Origin: Lama glama
Lineage: Eukaryota
Direction: 5' to 3'
NCBI GenBank assembly: GCA_028534125.1
Contig: CM052817.1
Span: 39,992,001 to 40,056,000, forward strand
Length of the DNA: 64,000 bases
The notes under the pieces were generated by a model that saw only the letters and a program-made list of their open reading frames with translations, did no database searches and was not told the DNA's origin. Shown here in pieces: positions 1-14,062 of this stretch. Position 1 is the first letter of the stretch. The number at the start of each line of letters is the position of its first letter. A program made the position numbers and the translations under genes.

Positions 1-3000
1 ATAACCCTAACAGCACTTGAACACCTTAGCAAAATGCAGAGGAAACTGGGAGGACTGAGCGGGCATCCATGGTCAGCCAATAGTTTTATTGAGAAATTGG
101 CACCTGACACCACTTTGAAACTCAGTTGGGTTTTATGGAGGGAGGGAGGGAAGATGGAGACAAATGCACGTGAATTTAATGGCTGCCCATCTTAGTGCAC
201 AGATCGTGTTCTGTAAGAGTACACCTGGGAGAAAACATACTATATAATGTTTATACAATATATAATGCATATTATACATTATATATCAAGTGTTTGTCTA
301 GGCTGCTGCCTTTCTCCTGAATTAAACTTGTCAATATTTAAGTGCTTCATGGCCACCAGGTAACTGTATTGTCACCAAAGTTTTGAGATCCATTTATATT
401 GACTAGAGCATTCACAAATGGTTTTGTAATCTTCTTAAAAAGTATTGGATGGGACTTGCCCAAGTTATAGATTATAGACACCACTCAGATTCGATTTAAT
501 AGCTAAAAACCAGCACTGTCTTAACCCTCTTTACTTCCATCACCAGTGCAAGTTGTTGGTGTTGGGTGGCGGTAGGGGGCTCTTCCCCCGACCCCTCTCC
601 GTTAAAACAAAATCTAAAATCATTTAACAAAGTTGACTGTTTGCCAAAAAGTCTTTTCTTTTAAGTCAACCAAGTCCCTTCACAATGTTTGTGCCAAAGT
701 AGATACATCTGTTAGCTGCCTTGACTTACCAGGTAAGTGATCTTCAACCCACATGATTCAAAAGACAGATAATTCCAGTTCAAATGTGACTCACAGCAAG
801 ATTTAAAATACAGTTCTGTGCTTCATAGGTCTCTGGTTCTTTTAGCTAAGACATTAAATCTGAGACATTCACAGGATTGCTATACTACAATGACCAGATA
901 TCAGACATGCCAAACATGGGTGAAGCCAAGCCCTCTGCAAGTCCAGGATCTGGTGATGCCCTCTTCCCCTCTTGGGATTCCCCCCTGTTGAGCTCCTATT
1001 GGAGATAGAACTCCAAGAAAGATGTGAAGAGAGAAACAAATAGAACAAAGGCAAGATGTGAGTCTGGGAAAATAAATAATTGCCTAAGAGAGGAGTCTGA
1101 TTTAGTTGAGGGCTTTCATGATATCTGCATATGAGTTGAGACTGCAAAGGTAACTCAAAATTCACTCACTCAACCAGTAGTTTTTCAACCTATGATTCTG
1201 CAGACAGAAGTAAATTGTGGGATGAGCTGGAAGAACTCAGATTAAATTGTTTCTTAGACATTTTATGCTCCTTTATACCAACTCAAGAGTCATGGTAGAA
1301 GTCTTAACTAATTAGATAATAATTCTGAGACAGAGCACAATGATTGGATCTCACTTCTAAGAGAGATGAATGCTTGCTCCCCAGGTACAACAGAAAGGGA
1401 AGCACCCTTCTCTTCACTGTAGGAGGAATTGTTTTATTGCCACATTTGGGAGTATTCTCATTAAAACATGGTCCTGCACACAAATTTTTTTTCATTAAAT
1501 GGAAGGACATACATCACAAATGTCAATGGTGGTTAGCTTTGTATGGCAGATTTAATAGAGATTTTTTTTCTTTTGATTATGTGTGTGTGTGTGATTTTTA
1601 GACTGGTCTTCTTTGATCATGTTATTTGAGCTAAATTTTTTAAGTTACACATGTTGGGGGTAAAAACTAAGTGGTAGAGGAAATATGAAGTTAGAAGGGA
1701 AATGTGTGTTTTATTTTTGTGTTTAAGAGACTTAAGCTCCACTACTTCAATACTCAAGTCATCATTTTGGATAGACTTCCTTTAATACAGTGATTCTCAA
1801 ACTTCCCTGAACCATGGAATCACCTGGGAAGCATTAAAAATCTGAATTCCAAGGCCACTAACCCCCTTTATTTACCCCAACCAATGGGTCAGAATCAAAA
1901 TAGAGTCAAGTGGTTGGTATTTTTAAAAAGTCAACTCATTATTATTAAGGTTCCATACTGCAATTTTTTTTTAACCTCTATAGCATTGACCAGGAAGTTA
2001 CATTACTTAAAATTAGATTCCATGAGTGTTTTACTGCTTTCTTTTATTGTCACTTTCTTTTATTGGGTGGGTTTTGGTAACATCTGACATAAAAGTTTTC
2101 CAGGTTCTCTGGTGTACAACGTTGGGACTTCGATCAGTCATATAGGCACATGTGATTTATTAGTTGCTTGCACAAGGTGGGCCGCTTAACAAAACACTAT
2201 GGTTTGTTTTAAATGGATCATTTAAATATCAGTTGTAGCCTGTGTTCGCTGATTCTCCTTTCTAAACTTCCCTACTGGTCACTCACTAAAGCAGTCCCAG
2301 AATGGGTTTCTGAGAAAAACACAGACTTTGCCTCAGGTACACCTTTGCCATACCTCCATCTTGAATCAGGACGGCCATCAACTCAGCTCCATCTACACCA
2401 GGGTGGCCTTCCATTCAGGCCTGTGTCCTGGTTGTATCCTTTAATTTTTATAACAATGCATTGCCTTATATGCCTTTCCTTCTGCGTACCTATTCCTACA
2501 TATGATAAGCAGCCCCAGGTAGAAATATGAGCTCAGGTCCTTGCCAAAGTCTTCTGATTCAGCCCCACAGCTGCCCAACCCCGATTAAACCCCAGCTGGT
2601 GAAAATACAATTCATGGAGGGTTGTTAAAGAACATGTATCCATGTGTTTCACTGAACAATCTAAAAAGTCTGATTTTTAATCTTAAATCATCCCTGATTA
2701 TCAGGGAGGTAAATACTTAGATGGGATCATTTTAGCTTCTCAGTGATCCCTTTCAGTGGTTCCACCCCAGTACTGCACTTTAACCCTATATTAGGGAATA
2801 GGTTCGGGAAAGTCACTGTTGTGTTTATCATAGAGATACTGATAAAGGCTTGGCCACTCTACATCGTCTATCATCTTTTTTTTTTTTTTTTTGAAGCACT
2901 TGTTGAGAAATTTCTCTATATCTCAACCTGTTTTTATTTTATGGGCATGGTTAATCTTCTGAATGTTTGTGTTTCCTCTTTGCTTTGCCTGGTAGGAAGC

Positions 3001-3179
3001 TCAGAGTCTACTTTGCAGTTCATGTCAAGCACTGTATAGGAACCTTAAAGCAAGCAGTAAATTTGCTCCAGGCTTTTATTTTCCCTGAGCCTGATTTCTT
3101 CATCTTTGTATTTTATTATGTATGTAAATTTGTAAACTGCTAAAGCCTTCTTAAAAACAAAATGAGAGTATAAATCAGA

Positions 3180-3402
3180 ATTTCTCAGCCTTGACACTAG
3201 TGAGTCAAATAATTCCTTGTTGGTGGAAATGGTGGAGTGGGAAGGGGGAGGCAGAAGGAGGGGAGGCATCCCGGCATCCAGATGCTAGATGACAATAGCA
3301 GTTGTTCCCCTCACCCCAAGTCATGACAATCAGAATGTCACCAGACATTGCCAGATGTCCCGGGGTAGGGGGGCAAAATCACCCCTGATCAAAACTCACT
3401 GG
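3180..3402. mobile_element. MER20-like hAT DNA transposon relic (a similar relic lies at ~7910-8102)
   Basis: ttctcagccttgacacta ... cagacattgccagatgtcc ... ggggcaaaatcaccc pattern. Confidence 0.65.
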
Positions 3403-3431
3403 TATAAATGAATAAATAGAAATATAGAGCA

Positions 3432-3904
3432 TGTAGGATCCCTGGCTGGGTCTGAAAATTAAACTGGTAAAGACAAATTGACAAGAGAAAAGCATGGAAA
3501 TTTTATTTTAATTTTTACATGTACATGGAAATTTTCATAAAAGAATAAAGACCCAAAGAATTGACAAGAGCAGGAAGCTTTTATACTTTTTAGATAAAGA
3601 GACAATTTTAATTTGTGAAGAATTGACAAGACAAAGGGGTTGGCTCTAGGGGCACTAAATGGTGAGGAAGTAACAAGATTTGTTTATTCTGGCCCTAAAT
3701 TCCGTCTCTGATGATAAGAATGTCTCCCTTTCTCCTGATGCAGGGAGGGTATCTTTCACATGAGACATTCATTTCTTACTTTCAGGGAAGATGGGTAAAG
3801 GAAGGGGCCTTCTTGTTTCTGCCATTTTCTCAGGCTCCTTCAGCTTGAGCTATTCAGTATGCCAAAGTGCCAGATTTGGGGGTAGTTTGTTCTGAACTCC
3901 ATCA
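3432..3904 (-). mobile_element. Probable solo LTR (ERV1-like)
   Basis: TG...CA termini, ~470 bp, and blocks shared with 5240-5735 (tccctggctggg; cagct...caaag...gcata/gattt). Family assignment is not verified. Confidence 0.5.
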
Positions 3905-4396
3905 AACACTTGGTATTTTCTAGGCTATGTGGAGGCCACTGTCTTTGGGGGGCACAAAGATCACTGAAGCCCAGTGACTGCCCTCAGAAAAGCCTGCAAA
4001 CAAAGAAACAAACAAAAACCAAAAGGAGAACCTACGTGCTCAGAATGCACATAATTGGGTATATCTCATATATGAAGTTAGTATAACTTCCTATAGCTTT
4101 CTTAATGACCCTGGGAAAAAGGAAGTGAAGATTATTATCATCGTTATTTCAAGAAAAGGCACAGAGGTTGCCAAGTACCAAGGCTGTGGTTAGAGCCCAC
4201 TGCCCTACTCCCAAGTCCAGTAGGCTCTCCACCACACCATCAAAGAGGTGAGCAACTTCAAAAGAGGACAAGAGGCAAACCCAACTTGGAGAATTAGGAG
4301 TGGCTTCCTGGAAGAGGTGGCATTCTCAATGAAAAGAGGGTGACTCCTGGTGTCAGAAGAGTTTCCAGTCTTGAACCATCAAAAATACAATTAAGT

Positions 4397-4539
4397 GGGG
4401 GAGGAGGTAGCTCAGTAGTAGAGTTCATGCTCAGCATGCACGAGGTCCTAGGTTCAATCCCCAGTACCTCCATTAATCAATCAGTTAGTTAATTAATCCT
4501 AATTACCTCTCCCCTCCAAAAAATAATAATAATAATAAT
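4397..4539 (+). mobile_element. tRNA-derived SINE (camelid Vic-1-like)
   Basis: A box tagctcagtagtag, B box ggttcaatcc, (AAT)n tail. Confidence 0.85.
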
Positions 4540-5239
4540 CCTAAGAGGACTTCTAATCGAAGCATTATCAGACATGAGCACCATTTGAACATGAGGGAAA
4601 GTGTTTTAGAGGGACTTTTTTTAATAAAAATTATTTTGCTTCAATTAGAAAATGCCATGCCTGCAATTAGGTATAACCATTTTTTAATTTCCTTCGAACT
4701 GAGAGCTTTCATTGTTTAGGCTAAAATTTCAGAGATGACATAATTGGTGATACATTAGGCAGAATCCTGTTGGGATGCAGACAATGCCAAATTCTGTACA
4801 AGATCCAGATAACTGGCTCCAGATGCAGACTCAGACCCAGGAGTAAAAGCCACGCTTGCTGGGGAGTGTGGACAAAGTCAAGAAAGGATGTTCCCTGGGA
4901 AGGGCAGGATCTGAATGTATGGGAGACAATAATGGGAAACAAGGCTTCAGTGGGGTGGAAGCCAGATGCTGGTAAATGACTAATCTTTCTTCATGCCCAG
5001 TCTGTCAAAAACAAGGGACCATTTCCTCAGCTATGGGCCTAACATGGGGACTTCCCTAGGTTGGGCAAGTAGCCCTCCTCTCACCCCCCAGGTAGTGATC
5101 AGCGGCCTTTTGTTAGCAGCAATTCTTTAGCTTAAGTTAGGGAACCGCCATACCTTCAATTATGCAGAGTCATTTTTTTAACTTCCTAATAACTGAGAGT
5201 TTTCAGTGTTTTGGCTATAATTTCAGAAATGACATCATA

Positions 5240-5735
5240 GAGAAGGAAAAATAATTTCCCCTCTAGTCCTCTGTGTCCCTGGCTGGGGCCCCTGTAACAA
5301 AAGAGAGAGCAATAGGAGAGAAACAGAAGTGTATTAACACGCCTATCTCACATAGGATGGAGATATCCAGGGAAACGTGCAATTCTCAGAGGTGGTTTAG
5401 AATTCAGGCTTAAATGCCATCTTCAGCTAAAGGCGAAAGAGAGACATTACGGGGAGGTGGCCAGGTAAACAGCGGTCAGGTTTATTACGCAGGAAGGTGC
5501 CTTCTCCATTGATGAGTATCTTGGGATCTGGAGTCATCTTTCTTTCCTTGGTGGGAGAGGAAGACACCCTTAGAAACAGAAATTTCCTTTATGTGTATAT
5601 ATTTCCTTTGAAGGGCAACTTCTACTCTGTTTTCTGATCTTCTCCCCTGTCTGCTGTTTCTCAAAATAATCAGCTCAAAGTAACTGCTATCCTAAAGAGG
5701 CATATTTTGCGATGGCATTTTCTGGGCTCGTGTGA
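5240..5735 (-). mobile_element. Probable second related solo LTR
   Basis: Similar length and shared blocks with 3432-3904; boundaries approximate. Confidence 0.5.
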
Positions 5736-6619
5736 CAGAGAGACTGCAGAATTCTGTTTGAGACACACAGGTGCTGGGGAAAGGGGTCCACCTGCTCCAG
5801 ACGTAAACTCAGACCTCAGACTAACAGACAGGCCTGCCATGGGATGTTGGGTGCTGGAGAAGCTCGAAGTTATAAAAAGCAGGGCCTTCTCGAGCGACTT
5901 TATTTTACTTTCTTGTTCCAGAAAATGAGTTACATATAACCCATGGAATTATTTGGTAGGAAGCTGAAAGTCAGCAGGAGGTGGGCAGAGGAGAAAGGAA
6001 GGGGTCTAAATAGAGGGAGTGAAGGGCCCTGTGAAGGCCAAATGAGGGAGAGTCAGCGGTCTTGTCTGCTCCCATCAGGATGGTTCAGACTGGCTGAGAG
6101 AAACAGAGCCACGCAGGACCCGGGCTAGTCCGTGAAATGCCTTGCATAAGACCGAGGACTTGGTAGAATGGAAGAGTTCTGACTCTGCCTTTAGCTCACC
6201 TGGCTTTTAACTTCTTAACTTCTCCAAGTACCAGATTTCAAAATAGGAAGCCTGATTGTTATGTGGCTAGAGGCCAACAGCATGCAATAGATTGCGAAAC
6301 ATGGAAACTAGTAATGTAAACTGCTCAAGAAATTTCAGTTTTTCTTCCTTTATCCCATGAATTGTTTAATCCATGGATAAACCATTGTTTGTTCCCAGAG
6401 GAAGTGCTCTTATGGGAATTTAGATAGAAATCAAATAATAAATCATTGTTGCCATTAGGATCCTTTGGGGCACAATCTGGACAGAGGTGCTTCCCGCACA
6501 ACTTAGGAAAGCCCATTGTTTCTGCCTGTGCCCCACCACTTCCTGTTCCTGTGAACATAAGGAGCAGTGACAGCTGCCCCCACATTGCTATATCTAATAC
6601 CAATCTCATTCCCCTAACC

Positions 6620-6775
6620 CTCCAGATAACACACAGGATGCCCAGTTAAATTTGAATTTCAAATAAAGAACAAATAATCTTTTAGTATAAATATGTCTCA
6701 AATATTGCTTGGGACATACTTCTTCAGATTTAACTGAATATCCTGTATTTTTTTTTCCTAAATGTGACAACTCTA
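6620..6775. mobile_element. MER53-like palindromic MITE
   Basis: Inverted arms caggatgcccagttaaatttgaa and ttcagatttaactgaatatcctg. Confidence 0.7.
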
Positions 6776-6869
6776 TTTAATCATTTAACCATAATTTTTG
6801 TTTTTTCTCAATCTAAAACCCAGGCTCCAGCTTCTGAGATTCTTTAGCAACCTATGGGTAAAAAGCAAG

Positions 6870-7520
6870 ATAGTGGCCATACCAGGTATTGGCTGGGATG
6901 TGGAGCAACTGGAACTCTCATACATTACTGATGGGAGTGTAAATTGGTCCCACTGCTTTGGAATACAGTTTGGCACAATCTACTAACTGTAGGACCCAGC
7001 CAGTCCACTCCTAACTATAGACGTAACAGAAATACATATGTAGTCCACCTAAAGATCTGTACAAGAATGTTCATAGCAGCACTGTACGTACTTTTGATGA
7101 GAGTCCAAACTGGAGACGGTATGGGGTGGCACAGATAAATAAATTGTGGTGTATCTACATAGTGGGATGCTGTACAGCAGTGAGGGTGAATGAACTACTG
7201 CTGGACACAACATGGTTGACTCTCACAATCATAATTTTGAGCAAAAGAAGCCAGGAATGGAGGAATAAATAATGTTTATAATTCAATTGATATAAGGCTT
7301 AGACACAGGCAAAATGAGCCTCTGGTGTTAGAAGACAGGGTAGAGGTCCCCTTTGGGTGGAAGGTTAGATTCCCAGTGAGGGTAAAGAGGGCTTCGGGGC
7401 ACTATCACCTTGAATTAAGCTGTGATTACAAGAACTGTGCACTTGGTGAAAATTCTCTAACTGTGCTTCAATTTCTGCACTTAACTTTACCCGCATACAT
7501 GTTGCCCTTCAATTAAAAGT
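6870..7520 (+). mobile_element. Ancient L1 (L1M-type) 3' fragment
   Basis: gatgtggagcaactggaactctcatac ... agaatgttcatagcagcac pattern typical of old L1 ORF2 ends. Confidence 0.7.
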
Positions 7521-8177
7521 TTACTGGAAGAAGAAAAGAGCAGGAGAACCACACAGGTTCAGCTGTTAACACAGGAACAATAAATAAGCGGGAGAGAGAG
7601 AGAAGAGGCAGGTTGGAGGGGAGGGGGCGCCTGGCAGGTCCTGCCACACAGAAGAGGCGTTTCAGAAGAGGATGCGAACAAATCTGTGGAGGGACCGGGG
7701 TCAGGTCATGATTCCTAAACTCCAGAACTCCCACTTTGAACGTTTTTGAACTCAGACGCCACGTGTTGAGTTTCATCCCTTACGAGGACTGCTTGTCGGG
7801 CCTGTTGCAGGCGCGACGTGGGCACCTGCTGGGCAGCGGCTCTGAGCAGCCTGCAGGACCCCTCCCAGCGCTCAGGCTTCGTGCTGCTGTCGACGGTCTC
7901 TACACCACAGCTTCTCCCCTCAGCACAGTGGACATTTGGTGACTGAAAGTTCTTTTCTGAAAAAATTAAAAAGTCTTGTGCTTTTCAGGATATTTGGAAA
8001 CATCCTTGGCCTCTGCCCTCTAGGTGGCCTGCACCCCCAATTATGACAGCCAAAAATGTCCCCTGGGAGGTGAAGTAATCTTTGAGGGAGAACCAGTTCT
8101 CTAAACATGCATTGTGGAACTCTAGGGCAAGTTTTTATTGACTGGTTTCAAGATATTAAAAATCCATACATAAGAAA

Positions 8178-8265
8178 GGGAGGATATTGCTCAGTGGTAG
8201 AGTGTATGCCTAACACAAGGTCCTGGTTTCAATCCCCACTACCTCCATCAAACAAAAAAGAGAAA
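8178..8265 (+). mobile_element. tRNA-derived SINE, short copy
   Basis: gctcagtggtagag ... ggtttcaatcccc with an A-rich tail. Confidence 0.8.
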
Positions 8266-8689
8266 AATATATATATTCATACATACACATGTACGTGTAA
8301 GAAAGCAGTTAGTCACAAACCATCTAGCTTCCTGTAGTCCCAAAATTTACCTAAGAAAGGACAGCCTAGGAGAACGTTTACCTTTCCTTCCTGATCCGGG
8401 CTTGCTCATTTCAGCTGGCCAAGATTATAGTCCCTGACTGGTAGAGTTCAGTGGAAAGAAGAATAAAGGTTTGGAGTTCCCTAGAACTGAATTCACATCC
8501 CAGCCCTGCCACTCTGTCACTTGGGACACATGGCTTTATTTTCTGTTTCTTTCCCTTTTCTCGGTAGACTTGCTGGAGAACTAACCACATCTAACAGTTC
8601 CTAGGAACCTAAAGGGGTGGGGGGGGGTAGTAACATGTTTCCCCCACAAAGCCAACTACTACTCTCTTTTACTTAACTAACATTCAAGA

Positions 8690-8900
8690 AGTATCTACCC
8701 TCTGCCAGGAACCACTCTGAGGGCTTTTCAAATATTAACGTACTTAATCCTTCTGACAACTTTGTAAGCTATGTATTGTTAGTATCCCCATTTCATAGAT
8801 GAGAAAACTGAGGCATAGAAAGGTGAAGTAACTCACCCAAGGTCATGGAGCTCATCACTGGGAGAGCTGGAGCCTAGGGCCAGCGTCCATGACCTGACCC
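8690..8900. mobile_element. MIR relic (others at ~9600-9770, ~17820-18015, ~36880-37030, ~58330-58575)
   Basis: MIR core cccatttcatagatgagaaaactgaggc...aagtaactcacccaaggtca. Confidence 0.75.
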
Positions 8901-10429
8901 CCTTGATTGTGCTGCTTGGTCCACTTTCTCATCTTCTGGTTCTGGTAACATTTCCTGTGGGGTGCTTGCCATGTCTTTTCCCTGAAGAGACTAGGACAAG
9001 GGTGCAGGGCCAACACTCAGTCTTTGAGACAAGCCTCATTTTCCCATCGAGAAATTCAATAGGGTAGACCAGCAATTACGATTTCTCCTTGGCCATGGCA
9101 CTTAACTTCTTTGCCTCCATTTTCTGGTCTGCAGTGAAAAAAGTCTTATCAGCCTTAGTTCCCTGAATGCTCTGGCCTGCTGTGAATATTAAATAGAGAT
9201 CAATGTTAACTAGAGGTCAAACATGGAAAGCATAGGTCTCTCTACAAGTGAAAGCCATTGTCATATTGGCAGCATATCACACCAGGCTTGTCTATCATCT
9301 TTCACTGGCACTTAGACATCTCTCCCACGTAAATGGTGACTTGCAGTTTTCAAAATGTCTTCACATACATGATCTGATTTGAGCCTCCCAAATACTAGCA
9401 GTGACTAAAATCCAAGCCTTCTGATTCCTAACCCGTGGGTCCTCCTAGCACCACACTGCCATTAGCCCCGGGGTGCTCTGCTCCCAGGTGCCTCTCCATA
9501 CCATTAAATCAGGCATAGACCCTGCTACTTGGCAACATTTGGTTTAAAACAGACACAGTGGTGCATCTGTCAAGTCACTGACACATAGGTAACACGGTAT
9601 TTCATAGACACAGTCTCATTACATTAATACAACAACCCAAAGAAGAAAGTCATATTGCATTCATTTGAAAGATGTTAAAACTGAGGCTCAGAGAAGTTAG
9701 TTTACTTGTCCAAGGACACACAGAGGGTAGAAAATAGATTTGAATCCAGGGTCATTTGCCTCCACAGTTCCTAATTGTGATCTAGACCCCACCTGGTCAA
9801 GGTGTGCACCAGACACCAGCACCACTGGCACCACCTACGAGCATGTTAAAAAGTCTCCCTCTGGACTTACTGAGTCAGGATCTGCTTTCTAAACAGGCAT
9901 TTAGGTGAGTCCTGTGCACGTTATAATTTAAGAACCATTGATCTCTGTTGCCACTCAGTGCAGCTCTATTTATGATATACAGAAGTACAAAATCTATAAA
10001 CACGTATACACATCCATACACACATATATTGTAGTGTGTTTTAAAAATATACTTCTAACATTTTTACATTAAGAAAGGGAATTTAGAGATTTAAAAGCAA
10101 GTGACATGAGTCCCTGCGTTAGATCAGGAATTGAATTAATAGCTACATAATACATACTAAGAAAGAAGTGATTTATACATAAAGCAGTGGCAGCATACGC
10201 CCATTCCAGGATTTACATCAGAACTTCTTATTTTTGAAACTTACACACTGGTATTTTTCTTTACATCAAATACAGAAAATTTTATCCTCACTCTAAACTC
10301 TTCAACACAACAAACATGTGTCCAGTGCTGTACAGTTATGAAGTGCTCGAAGAATGTTTAAGATACAGTCTTTGCCCTGGAGTAATTTTTAGCTTTGGGG
10401 TCTCTTGGGAACAACTTTAGTGTAGTTTC

Positions 10430-10530
10430 CTTTTTTTTCCCCCCAAATTCTTTAAGTTGAACCCATGTACGCTAAGCAGGACCTCGTGCATGCTAAGCAC
10501 TCTATCACTGAGCTATATCCTCCCCCCAAC
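10430..10530 (-). mobile_element. tRNA-derived SINE, rearranged copy
   Basis: Reverse complement of the SINE head (cactgagctatatcctcccccc) and ttgaaccc. Confidence 0.7.
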
Positions 10531-10661
10531 CCCCTACACCCAGTTTTCCTTTTTAATATACTGGCTAGACCGATTTTGATTGGCTATACTGATTTTTTTT
10601 TCCTTAAGCATTGTTTTTATTAAAGGAGCAATTTTCTGTTAAGAATATAACTTCATTGGTA

Positions 10662-10747
10662 CTTTTTTTTTTAAAGGAGGTACTGGGGATTGAACCCAGG
10701 ACTTTGTGTTAGGCATACACTCTACCACTGAGCTATCCCCTCCCCCA
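10662..10747 (-). mobile_element. tRNA-derived SINE
   Basis: T-run, then ggggattgaacccagg ... ctaccactgagctatcccctcccc. Confidence 0.85.
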
Positions 10748-13700
10748 CATATTTCCTTCTTTAAAAGTGCACACACACCCAGCAGCAGAAGCTTTCTGTT
10801 TATTTTAACTATACTGATTTTCCCAGTATATATTTTTAAAGTAATGGGTAATTCATCCTTGAGGCCAGGGATATATAACAGTCAGAGTTTAACCACGCAT
10901 TACCTGTACAATCTATTCTTATCTGTAACTATCTCTTGGATAGTAGATTGAGTTCATATCATGTGCCAAGTCTGATCAAACAGTAGTAGCATTCTATACC
11001 CTGTCTCGTGAAGGATTCTAAGATATGTCAAGTGAGAATGTTCCGGGATCATTTAGCAATGTCTGCTGCAGGTGTGGGAAGGAGATCTTGAGGTACACCA
11101 GCCATGCATTGCCATCCGTACACTCTGACCCTGCTTCTTGCTCCAAAAAGCTGATGTCTTTACTCTTCCTCATGCATTCCACACTCTTTCTTTCCCCTGT
11201 GTCCTCAAGTTATTTCCGCTGCTTAGAATGTCTATTGTCTATGCCCAGACAAGAATCCCAAACCCTCCAATCAGCCTTCCCCAAATTCTTCAAAACCGAA
11301 TGATAATTCTACTTCTGTTACTTTGGAGGGAGAAGGGGAAACAGAAAACAAAACACCCAGTCCCAAATCATATGTTTGGACTTCTTCAGCTCAGGGCCCT
11401 GGGTCAGATGCTTCTTTTCCACCTCCCACAGGACCAAAAAGATTCTCGGTACAGACTTGTTTTGATTGAGATTAAATACCACGACTTCCTTTGCGAGTTA
11501 CACTTGTCCTTCTGGAGCTATGCAAGTGTCTACAGTTTTAGGTCCTTTATTTCACTACTGGAGATTACCACCTAATGAGTTCTCTTCTTTAGCTTCTCTT
11601 ACTTATTCAAAAATTCTGTTATACCCTCTCTAGCTCTGTAACTACACCCAATTTTAAAATAAAGCCAGGCTCGCTGAATAAAAAGATTTTGAATGAAGTA
11701 TGCTTTTCTCTTCTTGTCCTCCCCTCTTTGGTTTGGTTCTCAGAGGAATCAGTGTCTGAGAAAGGAGTCAAACAAATATGATTTAGATTTAAAAGCAGTC
11801 AGATTAGGCAATAATACTTGTGGTCCCCTTTACCATTCTTGGTTGTTTGTTTTTTTTTTTAAATCAATTCATCTCCCTTAAGAAGCACTTGGGTACTTAT
11901 TAAACATACAGATTCCTTAATCCCTATCCAGACTTATTAAATTAAATCCAAATTTCTAGAGATGTGTCATTTTTAAAACCCCCTCAAGTGATTCTTACCC
12001 ACATTAAAGTTTGAAAAATAAAAGGAAAATTTGCCAATTAGAAGCAAGTTTTCTCTTGTATTTAAATAAGTAATATCACAAAAGTTATCTAACAATACGA
12101 CAGTCGTTTTCTAAGATGGAATGGCTATAGACAAACCAGGGGAAATAACCGCTACTTAGAATATGTTAATTAATAAGACTTCATTATAACAAGAAACAAA
12201 ACACTTCTGTACACACACTAAAAAGCTTATGTCTTACCCTGCACAAATTTGAATTCACTTGATTAGGCAAGGCAATACAAACCATTCTCAAGACTTTTAA
12301 CCAGCATCTCTCTGCTAATTCATTCTTTCAACAATATTCATTGCGTGTCTGCTGTGTGCCTGGCGCTGTTGTAGGACTTTCTGGTCAGCCCTTTATTACT
12401 TTCGCCTCTCAGTTAATAGTCTGCATCACCACGTAGCCATATACTTTCTCACATTATCAGCAAAGATATCATTACCCTCTGAAATAAAGAGGAGAGAGAA
12501 CTTCTGATTCTAGTTAAATATTTATCTACAGCTTGCAGTTTCACACATGATTCCAGGTGTGATTTGACCATAATTATACAGCCTTCTCAGTTTCAGGCGG
12601 TTTTCCCTTTGTGTCATAAAGCAAATTCTTGGTAATATGTATTAGAGGTACCTTTCTAAAGCAGTTCAAAGTGCCTTGGCATTTATTGTTCCATGAACTT
12701 CCACTTTGAGGCGACTCGGCTGTTGGTGGGAATCAACTGATAACGGCCTCGGGCCTCTGGAGACAAAGCAACCAGGAGGAAGAGCAGGGCAAGGTGAAGA
12801 GCTAAGAACACTGATTAGAAAGGACTGAGAAAGAGTGAAATGACGTGAACACAGTGGTCCCCAGAACCAGCTGTATCAGGATCGCCTCTTAAAAACTGTG
12901 CACACGCATTGTCCAGCCCCTGCTACGGAATCAGAATCAAGTTTCTGTATTTTTAACCAAGTGCCAGGGATGAACGTAGTTCACAGTCAGGACTGGGGAG
13001 CATTATGGGAGAATCTTTGATGGGGGCCTCCCCTGGGAGCACAGTGGAGGAGAATTGAAGGGAGCAGAGTAGAGGGATAATGCAGGTGGGGTCTGTCTCA
13101 CAACCCATCAAGGGGAGTGTTAGAAGTGACCAGGGACCAAGACTACAGAGCACAGCGTTACAGTTTGATTTGAAATAGTAAAAGAGAGAGTTTTAACATT
13201 ACTCATTAATGAAATCAAAGTTTCTCTCTTGAGACTTCTGGCTGGGTAGCAGCTCACAAGCTATAACTTGATGACCAAATGAAATATGAAAAGTATTGGC
13301 ACTCCTTTCATGGACACTGTTTCCCAGTGGTTTTGCCACAACTAGGTTTTTTAATGGGAACTTGATGCCTGTTTTTTCAGATCCTGACCTGACACCTTCA
13401 CAAAAGGAAATTAATGTTTTTAAAGTAACCTAGGTCTTGTATTAAAACTTTAGTTCTCAGGATACCACTGATAATTAAGCAATGAATGCTGACATTAGCT
13501 AGAAGCATCTATTTTAATAACAACAGTTTTATGGAGAAGTAAAGAACACTATCCCACAGAGAGCTCTTAAAGAGCAACTGATGTAATGTCTGTGGAATAG
13601 CTTTGTAAGAGTTGATTATACTTACTATTCACTAGAGACACTTCAAATGCAAAACAGACATTGTTCAGGATAGTTGTCTTGAAAACAGCAAAAAAAAAAA

Positions 13701-13965
13701 AAATCACTTTGCTGATGAAAAGAGAGATTAGTGAAAGGAGTGAAAAACAAAGAAACCAAACAACCTGAGAAAGGACCCTCATTTCCTTTCCTTTACATTT
13801 TTAATTCTCAAATATCAACAATAGTCTAGAAATACTGTGCTAAGTTAGAGGAATATGTCTTCTAAATGGCTCTCTACATTGTATCCAACCGGTACAGTTA
13901 GGGGTTTAAGACTTTTTGGTTTTGTTTTCACAGGTTGTGGTGCCCTTTTGACCTTCGCCTTAAAA

Positions 13966-14062
13966 ATGAATCCAGTTGTTTCCCAGCCAAGATATGGTGC
14001 AGGGGCCACGGCTAGTGACTGGCAAACCGGAATGTTCGACTGCTGTGATGACATGGGAGTTT
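13966..14062 (+). CDS. PLAC8: PLAC8-family (placenta-specific gene 8 / onzin-like) protein, first coding exon (exon starts 13934; MNPVVSQPRYGAGATASDWQTGMFDCCDDMGV + 1 nt)
   Basis: Acceptor tttgttttcacag ends at 13933, ATG at 13966, donor T|GTAAGT at 14063 (phase 1). The WQTGMFDCCDD motif is the characteristic start of the PLAC8 domain. The symbol is family-level; this may be a paralog. Confidence 0.92.

Noticed and set aside
4397..4475. tRNA gene
   Set aside because: A and B boxes are present, but several diverged copies with A-rich tails identify it as a SINE.
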